Source of the DNA: Halocafeteria seosinensis | Lineage: Eukaryota | Direction: 5' to 3' | Assembly: GCA_001687465.1 (NCBI GenBank) | Contig: LVLI01000173.1 | Coordinates: 62,001-126,000, forward strand | Length of the DNA: 64,000 nucleotides | Shown: positions 45,612 to 55,845 of the stretch, piece after piece | Layout of the letters: the number at the start of each line of letters is the position of its first letter | Position numbering within the stretch: position 1 is the stretch's first letter | Notes under the pieces: generated by a model | Databases searched by the model: none | Told to the model about the DNA's origin: nothing | What the model saw: only the letters and a program-made list of their open reading frames with translations | Position numbers and translations under genes: made by a program

Positions 45612-47270
45612 CTAACGATGCTGCCGAGGCTGGCGGGCGAGCAATCTCACCGATCGCTTTCCCCGTTGAACTGGAAGCGTATCTTGCCAGGAGTCACGCG
45701 GGAACACAACTGTTGGAGTAGAACTTGAAGCGCTCCTCCTCGTTGTACTCGAAGACGTGCTGGGCGTAATTGTTGCCGAGCACGAAGGAGTCTCCCTGAC
45801 ATTACTTGCAGAAGGTGTTGGAGAAGTTGATGGGGTGGAAGTCGGTAACTGGAATTGAAGAATTGGCAAACTATGAGGATCCTTAATGGCCCAAACACTC
45901 TCATCCCATGGCCGTATTCCATCATACGCATATAACTGGCCTCGTATTTCCGACAAATTGCCTGAGTTCCCTACAGCTGTAAGGTGATTGGCTGGGTCTG
46001 AGCCCATCAAAGCCGTGCCATTGTTTCCATTGTACACCGAGTACGTCACTTCAATTACTCCGCGAGTTTGTTCATGGATAGTTCCTACAATTCCTCCTGT
46101 AGATCCGATAGCGCTTATTAGTCCAGAGGAATAAGTGTTACTAACGATCAGATTGCCTGTGGCCTCATCGGGACCTTCTTGGGGATTTCCTCCAGGGAAT
46201 TTGCCGGCGATCCCTCCCGCTTCTTCGCCTTGAATGAGCCCTGTTGTGTAGCAATCTGTAATGTACACAGTTCCATTATGCTCGCCTGCATCATGTCCAG
46301 CAATTCCACCACTGTCGGGTTGCATCAGGTTCCCAGTGGTGTAGCATTGTTGGATATGCACAATTCCCCGTGAGTGGCCCGCGTTGCCAGCTACGATCCC
46401 GCCGCTAGCATGACCGAGAATGTTTCCGGAAGAATATGATTGACTAATGTTCAACTGACCTTGTGCGTTCGCAGGACGGTGTCCGCATATTCCACCTGCG
46501 CCGTTTCCTGTGATTTCCCCGGTAGAGTAGCATCTGTGTATGTGGACAATTCCACTTAATTCCCCTATATGCACTCCCGTTATTCCACCAGCAAAATTTT
46601 CGATAGGCCCTGTCGCAATGCAATTCGAGATTCTAATTTGGCCGTGGTCAAAGCCACCTCTAGAACCACATATACCACCACCCTTCTCACTGATAATCCC
46701 CGTTGAGCTACATGAGTCAACGATGAAGAACCGCTGCCTGGGTTGCACGATGAATCCGCCATGTTGCGCAAGACTTCCGTTCTGCACATGAACATTTTGA
46801 ATTGTCGGAGCCTTCTCGAAAGAATCGACGTCAGCATTCAGTGTAAATATTCCCTTGAATTCGACGATACCCTTCAAACTGATTATGTTCGCATGTCCTC
46901 CACCTTCAAATACTTCATTTGCGGCAAGGGAAACGTGATGTTCGTGAGTATACTGACTGCTCCATTCCAGAATGCTGCAATTTAGGACAAACATGCGTCT
47001 CTCCAAAATATATCGAAAACAGGGTTCCTCTCCGGCAATGATACTGCTTCGCAAGTCTGTAGCCAAACAGGAGTTGCCCAATGATAACAGTGCAGCAGCA
47101 CCAACCGTATTGAGAAAGACCAACAACGGGGGCACTCGTCCGCTGCGTTTGTCGCCAGGTTGCATAGCGAGCAGCTTTGTTTGCGGCTGCAGTTTTGAGA
47201 GGTCTATCCGACCAAGAAGCAATGGATCATGTGGATGCGTGCAGACATTCACTCGATGGACGGAAGCCAA
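45612..47270 (-). CDS. GLUG-type beta-helix protein with short stalk (copy 7); start probably the ATG of MQPGDKR
   Basis: Hydrophobic LLVFLNTVGAAALLSLGNSCLA-TDLR, repeats, LPILQFQ, stalk, tail LPVQRGKR. Confidence 0.85.
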   Translation of the reverse strand: MASVHRVNVCTHPHDPLLLGRIDLSKLQPQTKLLAMQPGDKRSGRVPPLLVFLNTVGAAALLSLGNSCLATDLRSSIIAGEEPCFRYILERRMFVLNCSILEWSSQYTHEHHVSLAANEVFEGGGHANIISLKGIVEFKGIFTLNADVDSFEKAPTIQNVHVQNGSLAQHGGFIVQPRQRFFIVDSCSSTGIISEKGGGICGSRGGFDHGQIRISNCIATGPIENFAGGITGVHIGELSGIVHIHRCYSTGEITGNGAGGICGHRPANAQGQLNISQSYSSGNILGHASGGIVAGNAGHSRGIVHIQQCYTTGNLMQPDSGGIAGHDAGEHNGTVYITDCYTTGLIQGEEAGGIAGKFPGGNPQEGPDEATGNLIVSNTYSSGLISAIGSTGGIVGTIHEQTRGVIEVTYSVYNGNNGTALMGSDPANHLTAVGNSGNLSEIRGQLYAYDGIRPWDESVWAIKDPHSLPILQFQLPTSTPSTSPTPSASNVRETPSCSATITPSTSSSTTRRSASSSTPTVVFPRDSWQDTLPVQRGKRSVRLLARQPRQHR

Positions 47271-47579
47271 CGACCATAATTACTGTACCGAAGTTGCTGT
47301 AACAAAGCTTCTCAAACACGTGCGGGCCTTACTGTGTATCTCCTCCGGAAAGTTCCTACCATCACTATTCAAGTTCCCTTCCCTGTACAATCCATACCGA
47401 TCCTTTGTTGCTGTTTGAGGTTCTCCTACCAGTCGGAAAGTTGAAGTGCGTTTTCCGACACAGCATGGTGTGGTACCGTGAGTTCCAAACTGCCTCCAGT
47501 ACCGTTTCCATTCAGTGCAATGGATCCACTCTGGGGACTTAGCTATAGTGGTAAATACCACCAGAAGTGGCCATTTTTT

Positions 47580-47580
<1 letters not shown>

Positions 47581-47610
<30 letters not shown>
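47581..47610. repeat. (CA)15 microsatellite
   Basis: Uninterrupted CA run in the divergent intergenic region. Confidence 0.95.
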
Positions 47611-47617
<7 letters not shown>

Positions 47618-48332
47618 CCAAGGGGATGGTGACGGTAGGAATTGAGTCGGGATTTCAGTTCCGCCACCCCCTCCTGCTGCTGTTATTCCTGTGGCACTTT
47701 GGAGGATTGTCCGGTGTGAAATGTATACAACTACCAAAAAAAATAAAAAAAATGGAGTAGGTAGATGGTAGCAACGGAGACAGAGAATGATATACGCATC
47801 GTTGGGGCTCGTCAAGAGGCACCGGGGGCGGCAATTTCCGGTTTTTTGGGACCCATAAACGCTTTTGTTAGACACCGTCCGTGCGGGTAGCTTTGCCCTT
47901 GTTAATTGTAAGTGGTTGATGCTTCCGTTTCCGGTAGCGGACTAGATATATTTCGTATGAGACTTCCGAGTGTTTCTTGGATTTCACGGGAAACTCCTAA
48001 GGGCAAAACCAAAGGGAACAAAAAGGGTATTTTCCTGAAACGTGGTTCGCTAACGTGGTTCGCTATACATACTTCCTCTCAGGCTCTTTGAAGAGTTTTT
48101 TTCGCACGTAGTTTAAAGTGGTAGTTCCTACCAGCCATGTGGGTTGGCGGCAATACGCCAACGAGCTGACGAGAATTCTCAGCTCCATGTGGGCTGGTGA
48201 GCATTTGGCTTCTTCTCCGAACTGTATGTCATATATTTCATTTCATGCACGCAGGAAGAAAGTATCCACCATTGCTCGCGTTTTTGTGGTTTACCGTTTA
48301 CTGTTGTTGGACGCAGAACATCCACTGCTACT

Positions 48333-51300
48333 TTGCTTCGTTTCCAGGAAATGGTTCCCGCACGAGTGAATTTTGCCAGGAATGCGCTATACTGTAAAAC
48401 TTCCGGGCTTTTCCGTTGGCAAAGATGGTCAGGGCCTGCCCCATTCGCGTTGGTACTTTGCAGTGTAGTTTGTGCGTGGTTGGTCTTTGATGGGGTCGTG
48501 GCTACTGGTCAGGGTGGTGATCTACGAGATTACATCATCGGAGGAAACGCAGAATGCATTCATTATGATAGTACATTCAGGATGTTTTACATGAACTGTA
48601 GTATAACATGGACCGACACATACGATGAGGAGGGGTTTATTTCTTTGGGAGCCAACGAGACATTCGAAGGAAATGACCATGAAGTCGACTTGGGAGGGGC
48701 CGTAACCCAGGGGATTTTCGAAACTAACGTGAAAACTCTAGCATCGTTTTCAGAAGCACCTTTAATTCGAAATTTGCGAACGACAGGGGGAATTGTAGAA
48801 CAAGGGGGTGGTTTTCTAATGAAGAAGTCTCAGCGATACTTCCGTATTCATTCTTGTAGCTCGTCAGGCACGGTTGAGGGTGGAGGGGGTGGAATTTGCG
48901 GAATGGAATCAGGGTCCGAAGGAAGAATAGAAATAATTGGGTGTCACTCAACAGCGACATTAGAACGTAAAGCGGGAGGAATCAGTGGAGCGTATACTGC
49001 TAGAAATGGTGGGGTGGCATTGATTCAAAATTGCTCATTTTCAGGAACTCTGGGAGGAACAAATACGGGAGGCATTTGTGGATCACATACAGGAGCAAAC
49101 GGCGGATTGGTCTCTATTACTCGTTCCTTCAGTACGAGTGATATACAAGGAGAGGGTTCTGGTGGAATTGTTGGGACTCGCGTTGGAGATGGTTCCGGTT
49201 TTGTATTCATCGGGCAGTGCTATTCGTTTGGTAACATCGGCGGTACAAACGCCGGAGGAATAACTGGATCGCACACTTCTTCATTCGATGGCTATGTTTT
49301 AATCAAGGAGTCGTATTCTCATGGTACTAGTCAGGCGACAGGTACTGGAGGAATATGTGGAGCGGAAGCTGGTGGCTTTGGCTTCCTCTTTGTCATTGAT
49401 TCCTATGCAGCTGGTGGTGCCACTGGTATTTCTGGGCGTATTTCACTAGAGTCTCGAAAAGTTCATGTTCTAAATTGTGTTTACACTGCAGCCCAGCTTA
49501 GCAAAGGAGCGAGAGGTCCAGACTTTCAAGCCGGAAATTCAAATGACCTTGGGAGCATTACACACACACTCTTAAAAGACGAATCTGGGACGCTGCTGTG
49601 GTCCGAAGAGAGTTGGGTAGCAAATGCCACCGAGGGCGGATTACCGTTGCTACGATTTCAAGTTGAAGACAGTGTACCCCCTGTTAAGATACCATCGTGG
49701 GATCTACGGGATTCAATCATGGACGGAAAGTTTCCCTGCTTAAGCTATTCTAACGATAACAAAACATTCTCGATCCGTTGCGACATAAACTGGACTGATA
49801 CCTTTGACGTAGCAAACTTCATTTCACTAAAAACTGGAGAATTGTTCGATGGAAATCACCATGTGATAGACCTTGCAAACACTATTATCTTTCCCGGAAT
49901 ATTCAGAATAGAACCTATTGGGATTGCTTCCATGTCTGAGTCTCCCCGAATCCGGAATATTCGAACGCGAGGTAGTGAGACAAGTCATGGTGGAGGCTTC
50001 ATTGTAAGACAAGGGCAAAATTGGTTTCACGTAGATTCCTGCGAAAGCACCGGTCGCATTTCAGGGAAGAGAAGTGGTGGCATTGTTGGGTCATCATTGG
50101 ACGAGTCAAATGGTGCTCAAATTGAGGTTTGGGGTTCTACCTCGTCGGGTGACATAGTCGGAGCATCAGCTGGAGGCATAATTGGGGCAGGCAGGAGCGG
50201 CAGTATTACAATCCTCCAGTGCTATTCAACAGGGGAAATCGTTGGCGCAGGATCTGGGGGCATAGCAGGCGATGGTATCACGGGTGTTGCGCATGTTGCG
50301 CAGTGTTATTCGAAAGGTCAGGTCGCGGGCTACGGCTCAGGAGGAATTTGCGGCTCTAATGGGGGAAGGGGTGACACTGGCACACTATCGATATCTGATT
50401 CGTATTCTCTGGGAGATATAATGGGAGATAGATCTGGAGGTATCCTTGGAGATACTGCGGGAGCATCGCAGGGCACCGTAATATTGGAAAACGTGTATGC
50501 TGTCGGTGAACTTGGCACTTCCACTAGTGGAGCTGGTCTAATCGGGTTCTTCGACTCTAGTACATCAGCGATACTGATCACCAATTCCGTGTATAGGCCT
50601 CCAATGTTCATAGGGAATGACAATCTTGTAGATGTAGATTTGCGCAATAACTCAGCGACCTTCGATGATATCAACGGGACTCTGTATTCTGTTGACGGCG
50701 TGCTCCAATGGTCTCCACTCACTTGGGTCGTTATCGGAAGCACTCAACTCCCTATACTTCGCTTTCAGTTGCCCACTCCAACCGCTTCTCCGTCGACGAC
50801 CCCTCTGGCTACAAGTAGCAGCTTACCGTCGGCATCTTGTCCGCCGTCCTCAACAGCGTCTATTACATTGTCACCTACTGGATCAGTTACGCATACCAGT
50901 ACCAGCTCATCTTCGGCAAGCTATCCACCATCCTCGACAGTCACTGGTACGACGTCGTCTTCCCCTACTGGATCCTCTACGCACACTGGTAGCAACTCAG
51001 TTTCGGCATCTTCTTCACCATCCTCAGTCGTGACTAACACTATGTCGCCTTCTCCGTCGCACACAGATACCAGCGCAGCCTCAACGTCTCCTACTGTGAT
51101 CCCGGCAGCCCCTACCACGCTCGCATACTCCTCTTCTGTAGCGCCGTCACGCACAAGCGGTTCCACTTCCTCCGTTTCTCCATGGGTCGCAGCGACAGGC
51201 TCTACAACTCCATCTATGTCAATGTCGGCAACTCCCCTGGAAGAGTCACAAGCGCGGAATGACGTCCAACCACGACAACTGCATGTAAAGTATTCACGTG

Positions 51301-54300
51301 ATAGTACAAGTGCTAGTTCGGTAGTGCTACGCGTTGTGGTGACGGTAACTCTGGGTACGACAGTGGAATGGCAGATATCTGGTTCGGCTTTGGGTGAATC
51401 GCTAGTATCACTTCCACCAAAAAAGCAGTTCTACTTTCCAGGAAGGAAACGCGCTGTTGGGCAACAGATCGTTTTACACCTCGCAGAACTTGGTGCTGGT
51501 GACACAACTGTGACGACTGTGGCAACATTCTCGCATCCAAGAATGGTTTCAAGCACCTTAATACCCGTCAACGTCAACGTTACAGTCTTCCAAGCGAATC
51601 CGGCGGTGGAGTCTTCCATTGTTGATGTAGCCTTAAGCAAGAGCGAGGATAGTGCCACACGCTCCTACCAAATATTCAACTTTGGGTCCCATTTAGTGAC
51701 ATGGGACGTTGAACTTTTCGGTGAACGAGATCGACGCGACAGTGTAACCGGTGTTAACCCTTGGCTTAGCGTGTCTTCTGAGGTTGGAACTGTAGAACCC
51801 CAAAGCAAAACAAGCACGCTTTTGCACTTCTTCCCTCATAACGTTGTGGCAACTGGTGAATACGAAGCATGGATGTTGATCCGCACGAACGCATGGGATA
51901 GTAACCATCTTCAAGGAAGTGAGGAGCTTCCTCCTGAAAGTATACTCTCCCTTGCTAGTTCAACCGCCGGATTAGGGACAGTACACTTTTGGGTAAGAAT
52001 TCGTTTGTCTGTATCATCAGTGTACGTTTGTGCGTTACTATCCAACTTAGTAATTGAGCCTTCTACTACGGCAGAAGCGAGGATGACTGTAGTCAACACG
52101 GACAAGCAAGAAGTTACAGTTTCATTCTCTGATTTTAGTTTGGAACCTATTGACCAGTCCGCGGGTAAAAAAAGTCTATCAGCCCAGAAAGCTATTCCTT
52201 TGTCTTGGAGTCTACTCCCAAACAGAACTGTTCAGCTTGCTCCATGGATGTACTTGTTTCCGTCAGTTGTCCATTTGAAACGGGGATTAAACAAGGACGT
52301 CAGTATTCAGGTTGGATATCCTTCGGTATTGCTCCCTGTAGTGCCGCTGAATGAAACCGTTGCAGTCTCGATTTTGCCAGGGAAGTATAGACTTTCATTT
52401 TCGTCCTCTACTTTCTTGGGTGGGGACTCGACCCATTCTCAAACGGGATCCGCTCGTCATATGATCACATTTGAGGACGTTCCAGGGATACCCCACGGCG
52501 ATAAATCATCTCTGAAGATTTCGAAGACCAAGGCCCTGGTTGGTGAACCCATTCAAGCCTACGTCGAACTGAAAGATGAATTCGGATACGGTCCTACCCA
52601 CGCAATTTTCTCGAACTTGCCCTTCAGTGAAGGGGAGACCAATTTCGTAGCTACAACTGTTCCTCTGATACGAATTGTGGTCGGAGTGAACGCTGATGTA
52701 AACACGGAGGCAAAAGTAATACTCCCAAAGGGATTACAAAACGGGAATAGCATCACTTCTTTGGGGTTCAAACTGATAGGGACAAGTGCTGGGATCTACT
52801 CAGTCGATGTTACTCTCGACGGGCAATCGATCGATGGTAGCCCAAGGAATGTTTCTATAGAAACCGTCAATTGTGAGCGTCCCCATGAAATATTGCATGT
52901 TTCAGGAAGACACTGTGTTTGCCAAGCCGGCTTTCATCGGGATACCAACGCTGCCTGTGTTGCATGTAGCCCGGGAACTTTTCAAGAGCAACAAAACAAT
53001 GCCAGTGCCTGTCCTGTATGCCCGAGAAATACGTTTGCTGAGTCCGGCAGTACAGTTTGCTACCGCTGCCCTAGCGACGGAGTATCCTGTGCAGGAGGCC
53101 GACTGCAATTAGAGAAAGGCGTTTGGTGCGAGGTTTGCGATTCTGAGCCTGATCCTCGCATGTATTTTATTCAAGATCCATCGTTGTTGTTCGACGTTGT
53201 GTTCCATGACTGTGAACCAGCCAACTCATGTAATGTGAATGCTAGTTCCTTTTCGACCTCCTGTTCTGAGGGATATACTGGACCAGCTTGTCGGACATGT
53301 AAGAGTGGTTACAGCCGCAAACAGGATGGCCCATGTGTTAAATGCGATGATGGACATTTCGATACCTTCATCTTTGCGGTCTCGGTGTTATTGTTGCTCA
53401 GTTTTGTTGTTATCATTTCGCTCAAGGCTCATCGCGACGTTCAGTCGTTTTCTGTCGGAATCAGCCTGAGTAAATACGGAGATCCTGGACTCCATAGCGA
53501 TGTAAAGTCATTGCATCATGCAGTACTCCTGGTTTTGGATTATCTGCAGATTTGCGCAATCGTTAGTACGATGAAAATCAATCCTTTCAAGGGTGTGGCC
53601 TCGGGGTTCAGCGATGTATCGTCTCTAGGTACAGTGAGTCCAGCACGGGCAAGTTCCTTCCAGTGTCTCACACATTTATCCCCTACGGACACGACGCTTG
53701 TCATAATGGCATCTCCGCTGCTGGTTATTTTGATCGTCGTTGCCATGCAGGCACTGATAGATTGGCTAATTGTTCGGAGAGATGGACAACCGTTCTCTAG
53801 AACTCTGTGGTTCCAGAGCTCGGCTGTCGCTGTTATCCAAGTGCTTAACTTAGTCCACATGTCGGTCACAGATGCTACGCTAAGAAGCTTTGAGGTATAC
53901 CAACATAAGATTCATTCATCCAGGCGAGCGGCGCTTGATTTAAACGTTGATACTCGAAGTCGTGAATACCGAACGCTGGTGGTGGTGGCGACCCTTTCGT
54001 TGGCCATTTTCGTCATTGGATACCCTCTAGTTGTCGCAATCTACTACATCATAAGATCTTGGAAAGTGACCTCTCGTGCAGTTGCCACCCAATTCTCTCG
54101 GATGACTGGCGGTTATCGGATTCAACGGTATGGATTCTTATGGGACGTTGTGGTCATTATGCGCAAAGTGGCCTTGTTAATAGTAGCTGTCTGGGTGTCC
54201 GCTCCCGTTGAGCAATTCTTGATTTCAACTACCGTACTTTTATTCTCGTTCGCTATGTCAGCCTTCTTATCACCGTACAGGTCCAGCGCAGTAATGATCC

Positions 54301-54851
54301 TGCAAAGACTGATGATCTTTTTGTCCTGTGTGAATTGCTTGTTGGGGCTACAGCTGGGGATCGTAGACCCTCTTGAGTCCGATGCTTCTCGATCTTCAAC
54401 TACCTTCTTTCCAAGTGACATCAAGCGTGTAGTAGTAGTCCTGCAATCGTTCTTCTTTGCCTCTGCTGCACTAGTGTGGCTCTACTTGTCACCAAGAGCG
54501 GCTGACGCTGCAAGACGAATACTGTCCACACGATGCCAGTCCTTCCTGTTACAGAAGCGTACAGTCAACAAGAGAATCGCAGAAACTAAACTCTCGCTTG
54601 GGGGTATTCAGTCAAACCCACTGCTGGTGCATAAATCAGGTTCTGAAGCAGTTACCACCACAGTATCTCGAGATTCGGAGACACCGATAGAGGCTAACCA
54701 CCTGTTGAGCCACAAGGCTCTCCGGTATAGAGTACCAAAACAGCAGACTCGCCGTAGTCTGAAGCTACGCCAGCCAGTTCGTGTGCGTTCGGGTAATTCT
54801 TCGAGGAAACAGCTCGTCGCGGCCATGAATGGCTCCGTCTCTCGTTCGTGA
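48333..54851 (+). CDS. Receptor paralogous to 36240-42434: two GLUG domains, long Ser/Thr stalk, Ig/filamin, Cys-rich, multipass TM (copy 8)
   Basis: Same domain order; AGIYSVDVTLDGQSIDGSPRNV; HHAVLLVLDYLQICAIVSTM; SRMTGGYRIQRYGFLWD. First ATG (MVPARV) lies just inside the ORF-track start. Confidence 0.88.
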   Translation: MLRFQEMVPARVNFARNALYCKTSGLFRWQRWSGPAPFALVLCSVVCAWLVFDGVVATGQGGDLRDYIIGGNAECIHYDSTFRMFYMNCSITWTDTYDEEGFISLGANETFEGNDHEVDLGGAVTQGIFETNVKTLASFSEAPLIRNLRTTGGIVEQGGGFLMKKSQRYFRIHSCSSSGTVEGGGGGICGMESGSEGRIEIIGCHSTATLERKAGGISGAYTARNGGVALIQNCSFSGTLGGTNTGGICGSHTGANGGLVSITRSFSTSDIQGEGSGGIVGTRVGDGSGFVFIGQCYSFGNIGGTNAGGITGSHTSSFDGYVLIKESYSHGTSQATGTGGICGAEAGGFGFLFVIDSYAAGGATGISGRISLESRKVHVLNCVYTAAQLSKGARGPDFQAGNSNDLGSITHTLLKDESGTLLWSEESWVANATEGGLPLLRFQVEDSVPPVKIPSWDLRDSIMDGKFPCLSYSNDNKTFSIRCDINWTDTFDVANFISLKTGELFDGNHHVIDLANTIIFPGIFRIEPIGIASMSESPRIRNIRTRGSETSHGGGFIVRQGQNWFHVDSCESTGRISGKRSGGIVGSSLDESNGAQIEVWGSTSSGDIVGASAGGIIGAGRSGSITILQCYSTGEIVGAGSGGIAGDGITGVAHVAQCYSKGQVAGYGSGGICGSNGGRGDTGTLSISDSYSLGDIMGDRSGGILGDTAGASQGTVILENVYAVGELGTSTSGAGLIGFFDSSTSAILITNSVYRPPMFIGNDNLVDVDLRNNSATFDDINGTLYSVDGVLQWSPLTWVVIGSTQLPILRFQLPTPTASPSTTPLATSSSLPSASCPPSSTASITLSPTGSVTHTSTSSSSASYPPSSTVTGTTSSSPTGSSTHTGSNSVSASSSPSSVVTNTMSPSPSHTDTSAASTSPTVIPAAPTTLAYSSSVAPSRTSGSTSSVSPWVAATGSTTPSMSMSATPLEESQARNDVQPRQLHVKYSRDSTSASSVVLRVVVTVTLGTTVEWQISGSALGESLVSLPPKKQFYFPGRKRAVGQQIVLHLAELGAGDTTVTTVATFSHPRMVSSTLIPVNVNVTVFQANPAVESSIVDVALSKSEDSATRSYQIFNFGSHLVTWDVELFGERDRRDSVTGVNPWLSVSSEVGTVEPQSKTSTLLHFFPHNVVATGEYEAWMLIRTNAWDSNHLQGSEELPPESILSLASSTAGLGTVHFWVRIRLSVSSVYVCALLSNLVIEPSTTAEARMTVVNTDKQEVTVSFSDFSLEPIDQSAGKKSLSAQKAIPLSWSLLPNRTVQLAPWMYLFPSVVHLKRGLNKDVSIQVGYPSVLLPVVPLNETVAVSILPGKYRLSFSSSTFLGGDSTHSQTGSARHMITFEDVPGIPHGDKSSLKISKTKALVGEPIQAYVELKDEFGYGPTHAIFSNLPFSEGETNFVATTVPLIRIVVGVNADVNTEAKVILPKGLQNGNSITSLGFKLIGTSAGIYSVDVTLDGQSIDGSPRNVSIETVNCERPHEILHVSGRHCVCQAGFHRDTNAACVACSPGTFQEQQNNASACPVCPRNTFAESGSTVCYRCPSDGVSCAGGRLQLEKGVWCEVCDSEPDPRMYFIQDPSLLFDVVFHDCEPANSCNVNASSFSTSCSEGYTGPACRTCKSGYSRKQDGPCVKCDDGHFDTFIFAVSVLLLLSFVVIISLKAHRDVQSFSVGISLSKYGDPGLHSDVKSLHHAVLLVLDYLQICAIVSTMKINPFKGVASGFSDVSSLGTVSPARASSFQCLTHLSPTDTTLVIMASPLLVILIVVAMQALIDWLIVRRDGQPFSRTLWFQSSAVAVIQVLNLVHMSVTDATLRSFEVYQHKIHSSRRAALDLNVDTRSREYRTLVVVATLSLAIFVIGYPLVVAIYYIIRSWKVTSRAVATQFSRMTGGYRIQRYGFLWDVVVIMRKVALLIVAVWVSAPVEQFLISTTVLLFSFAMSAFLSPYRSSAVMILQRLMIFLSCVNCLLGLQLGIVDPLESDASRSSTTFFPSDIKRVVVVLQSFFFASAALVWLYLSPRAADAARRILSTRCQSFLLQKRTVNKRIAETKLSLGGIQSNPLLVHKSGSEAVTTTVSRDSETPIEANHLLSHKALRYRVPKQQTRRSLKLRQPVRVRSGNSSRKQLVAAMNGSVSRS

Positions 54852-55845
54852 GCCCGATTGGTGCATCATTTGTCAATAGATGATATATTGACATACGGCC
54901 TGACGCTTGGTAGCATTCCTAAAAGAAGATCGAAAAATTACGTGGAATGCGCAGGATTTGTGGCCCAATTTGCGCAATGTACATTCAGCCGGCAGGAGCA
55001 ATACCAATACACACGCAGAAACTATCACATCTATAACCTCGGCCGTTGCTGTCTCACCACCCCCTTTTTAAACTCGCCACTTCCTTGTCGAGGACGGTGC
55101 CTCCCTCAATCCTCTTCAGAAACTGGATCGTGAGCAAGGAGGAACAAGGGAAGCCTAAGCCTAAGGTATGCGCTGCAGTGTGACTGTATTCAAACGACAT
55201 ACAGTAAGGACCCTGCCCCTTGGTGATGTTCCGCAAATCTGCAAGGCATCGCGGCGCGGTTAAAAGATTACCTATGCCACACGGACATGCGGTGTGAGGT
55301 ATGAACCCTGAAACCAGAATAGTACTGAATAGGATTAAAGATGGAGTCTGAGAAGAATTCAATATTTAAGCCTCCTTCGTTGTTGTGTTCTTGTGTTTTG
55401 CTTCAATGATGTTTAGCGGTAGGTTGAATTGAACTTTCGATGATGTCTGGAAAAATGCTGGCCACTTTTCACCTTGTAAGGGGATTATACCTATGTAGTT
55501 GGCATATTTCGTCTATTTCACATTAATCACCGTTGTACGAACCCCAAGAAGTAAGTGTTGATGGATTTTCGGCCTCCGCGTAGCTTCTTAGTAGCTCTCT
55601 TTTCCATACACGGGGAAAACCTGGAAAACGGCAGAGTACAGTAGCCGTGTACTTCGTGCGAAGCAGGCTTCTCATTTTGGTGTTTTCCTCCAAAGCTGCA
55701 TGTTTTCATACCTAAAACTCTACATGTATGACAATGAGCATGAGATAGCCGGTGCCTCTACAGAAATTGATCTGCAAGAACAGGACACCAACCATCTTCG
55801 ACGAGGAAGTTTGAAGTCTATAGAACGCTTATCGGACATCCTTCT

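Noticed and set aside
48039..48065. 13-nt tandem aacgtggttcgct x2 and TTCCGG-like motifs in the divergent intergenic region
   Set aside because: Too short to call as regulatory without transcription-start data
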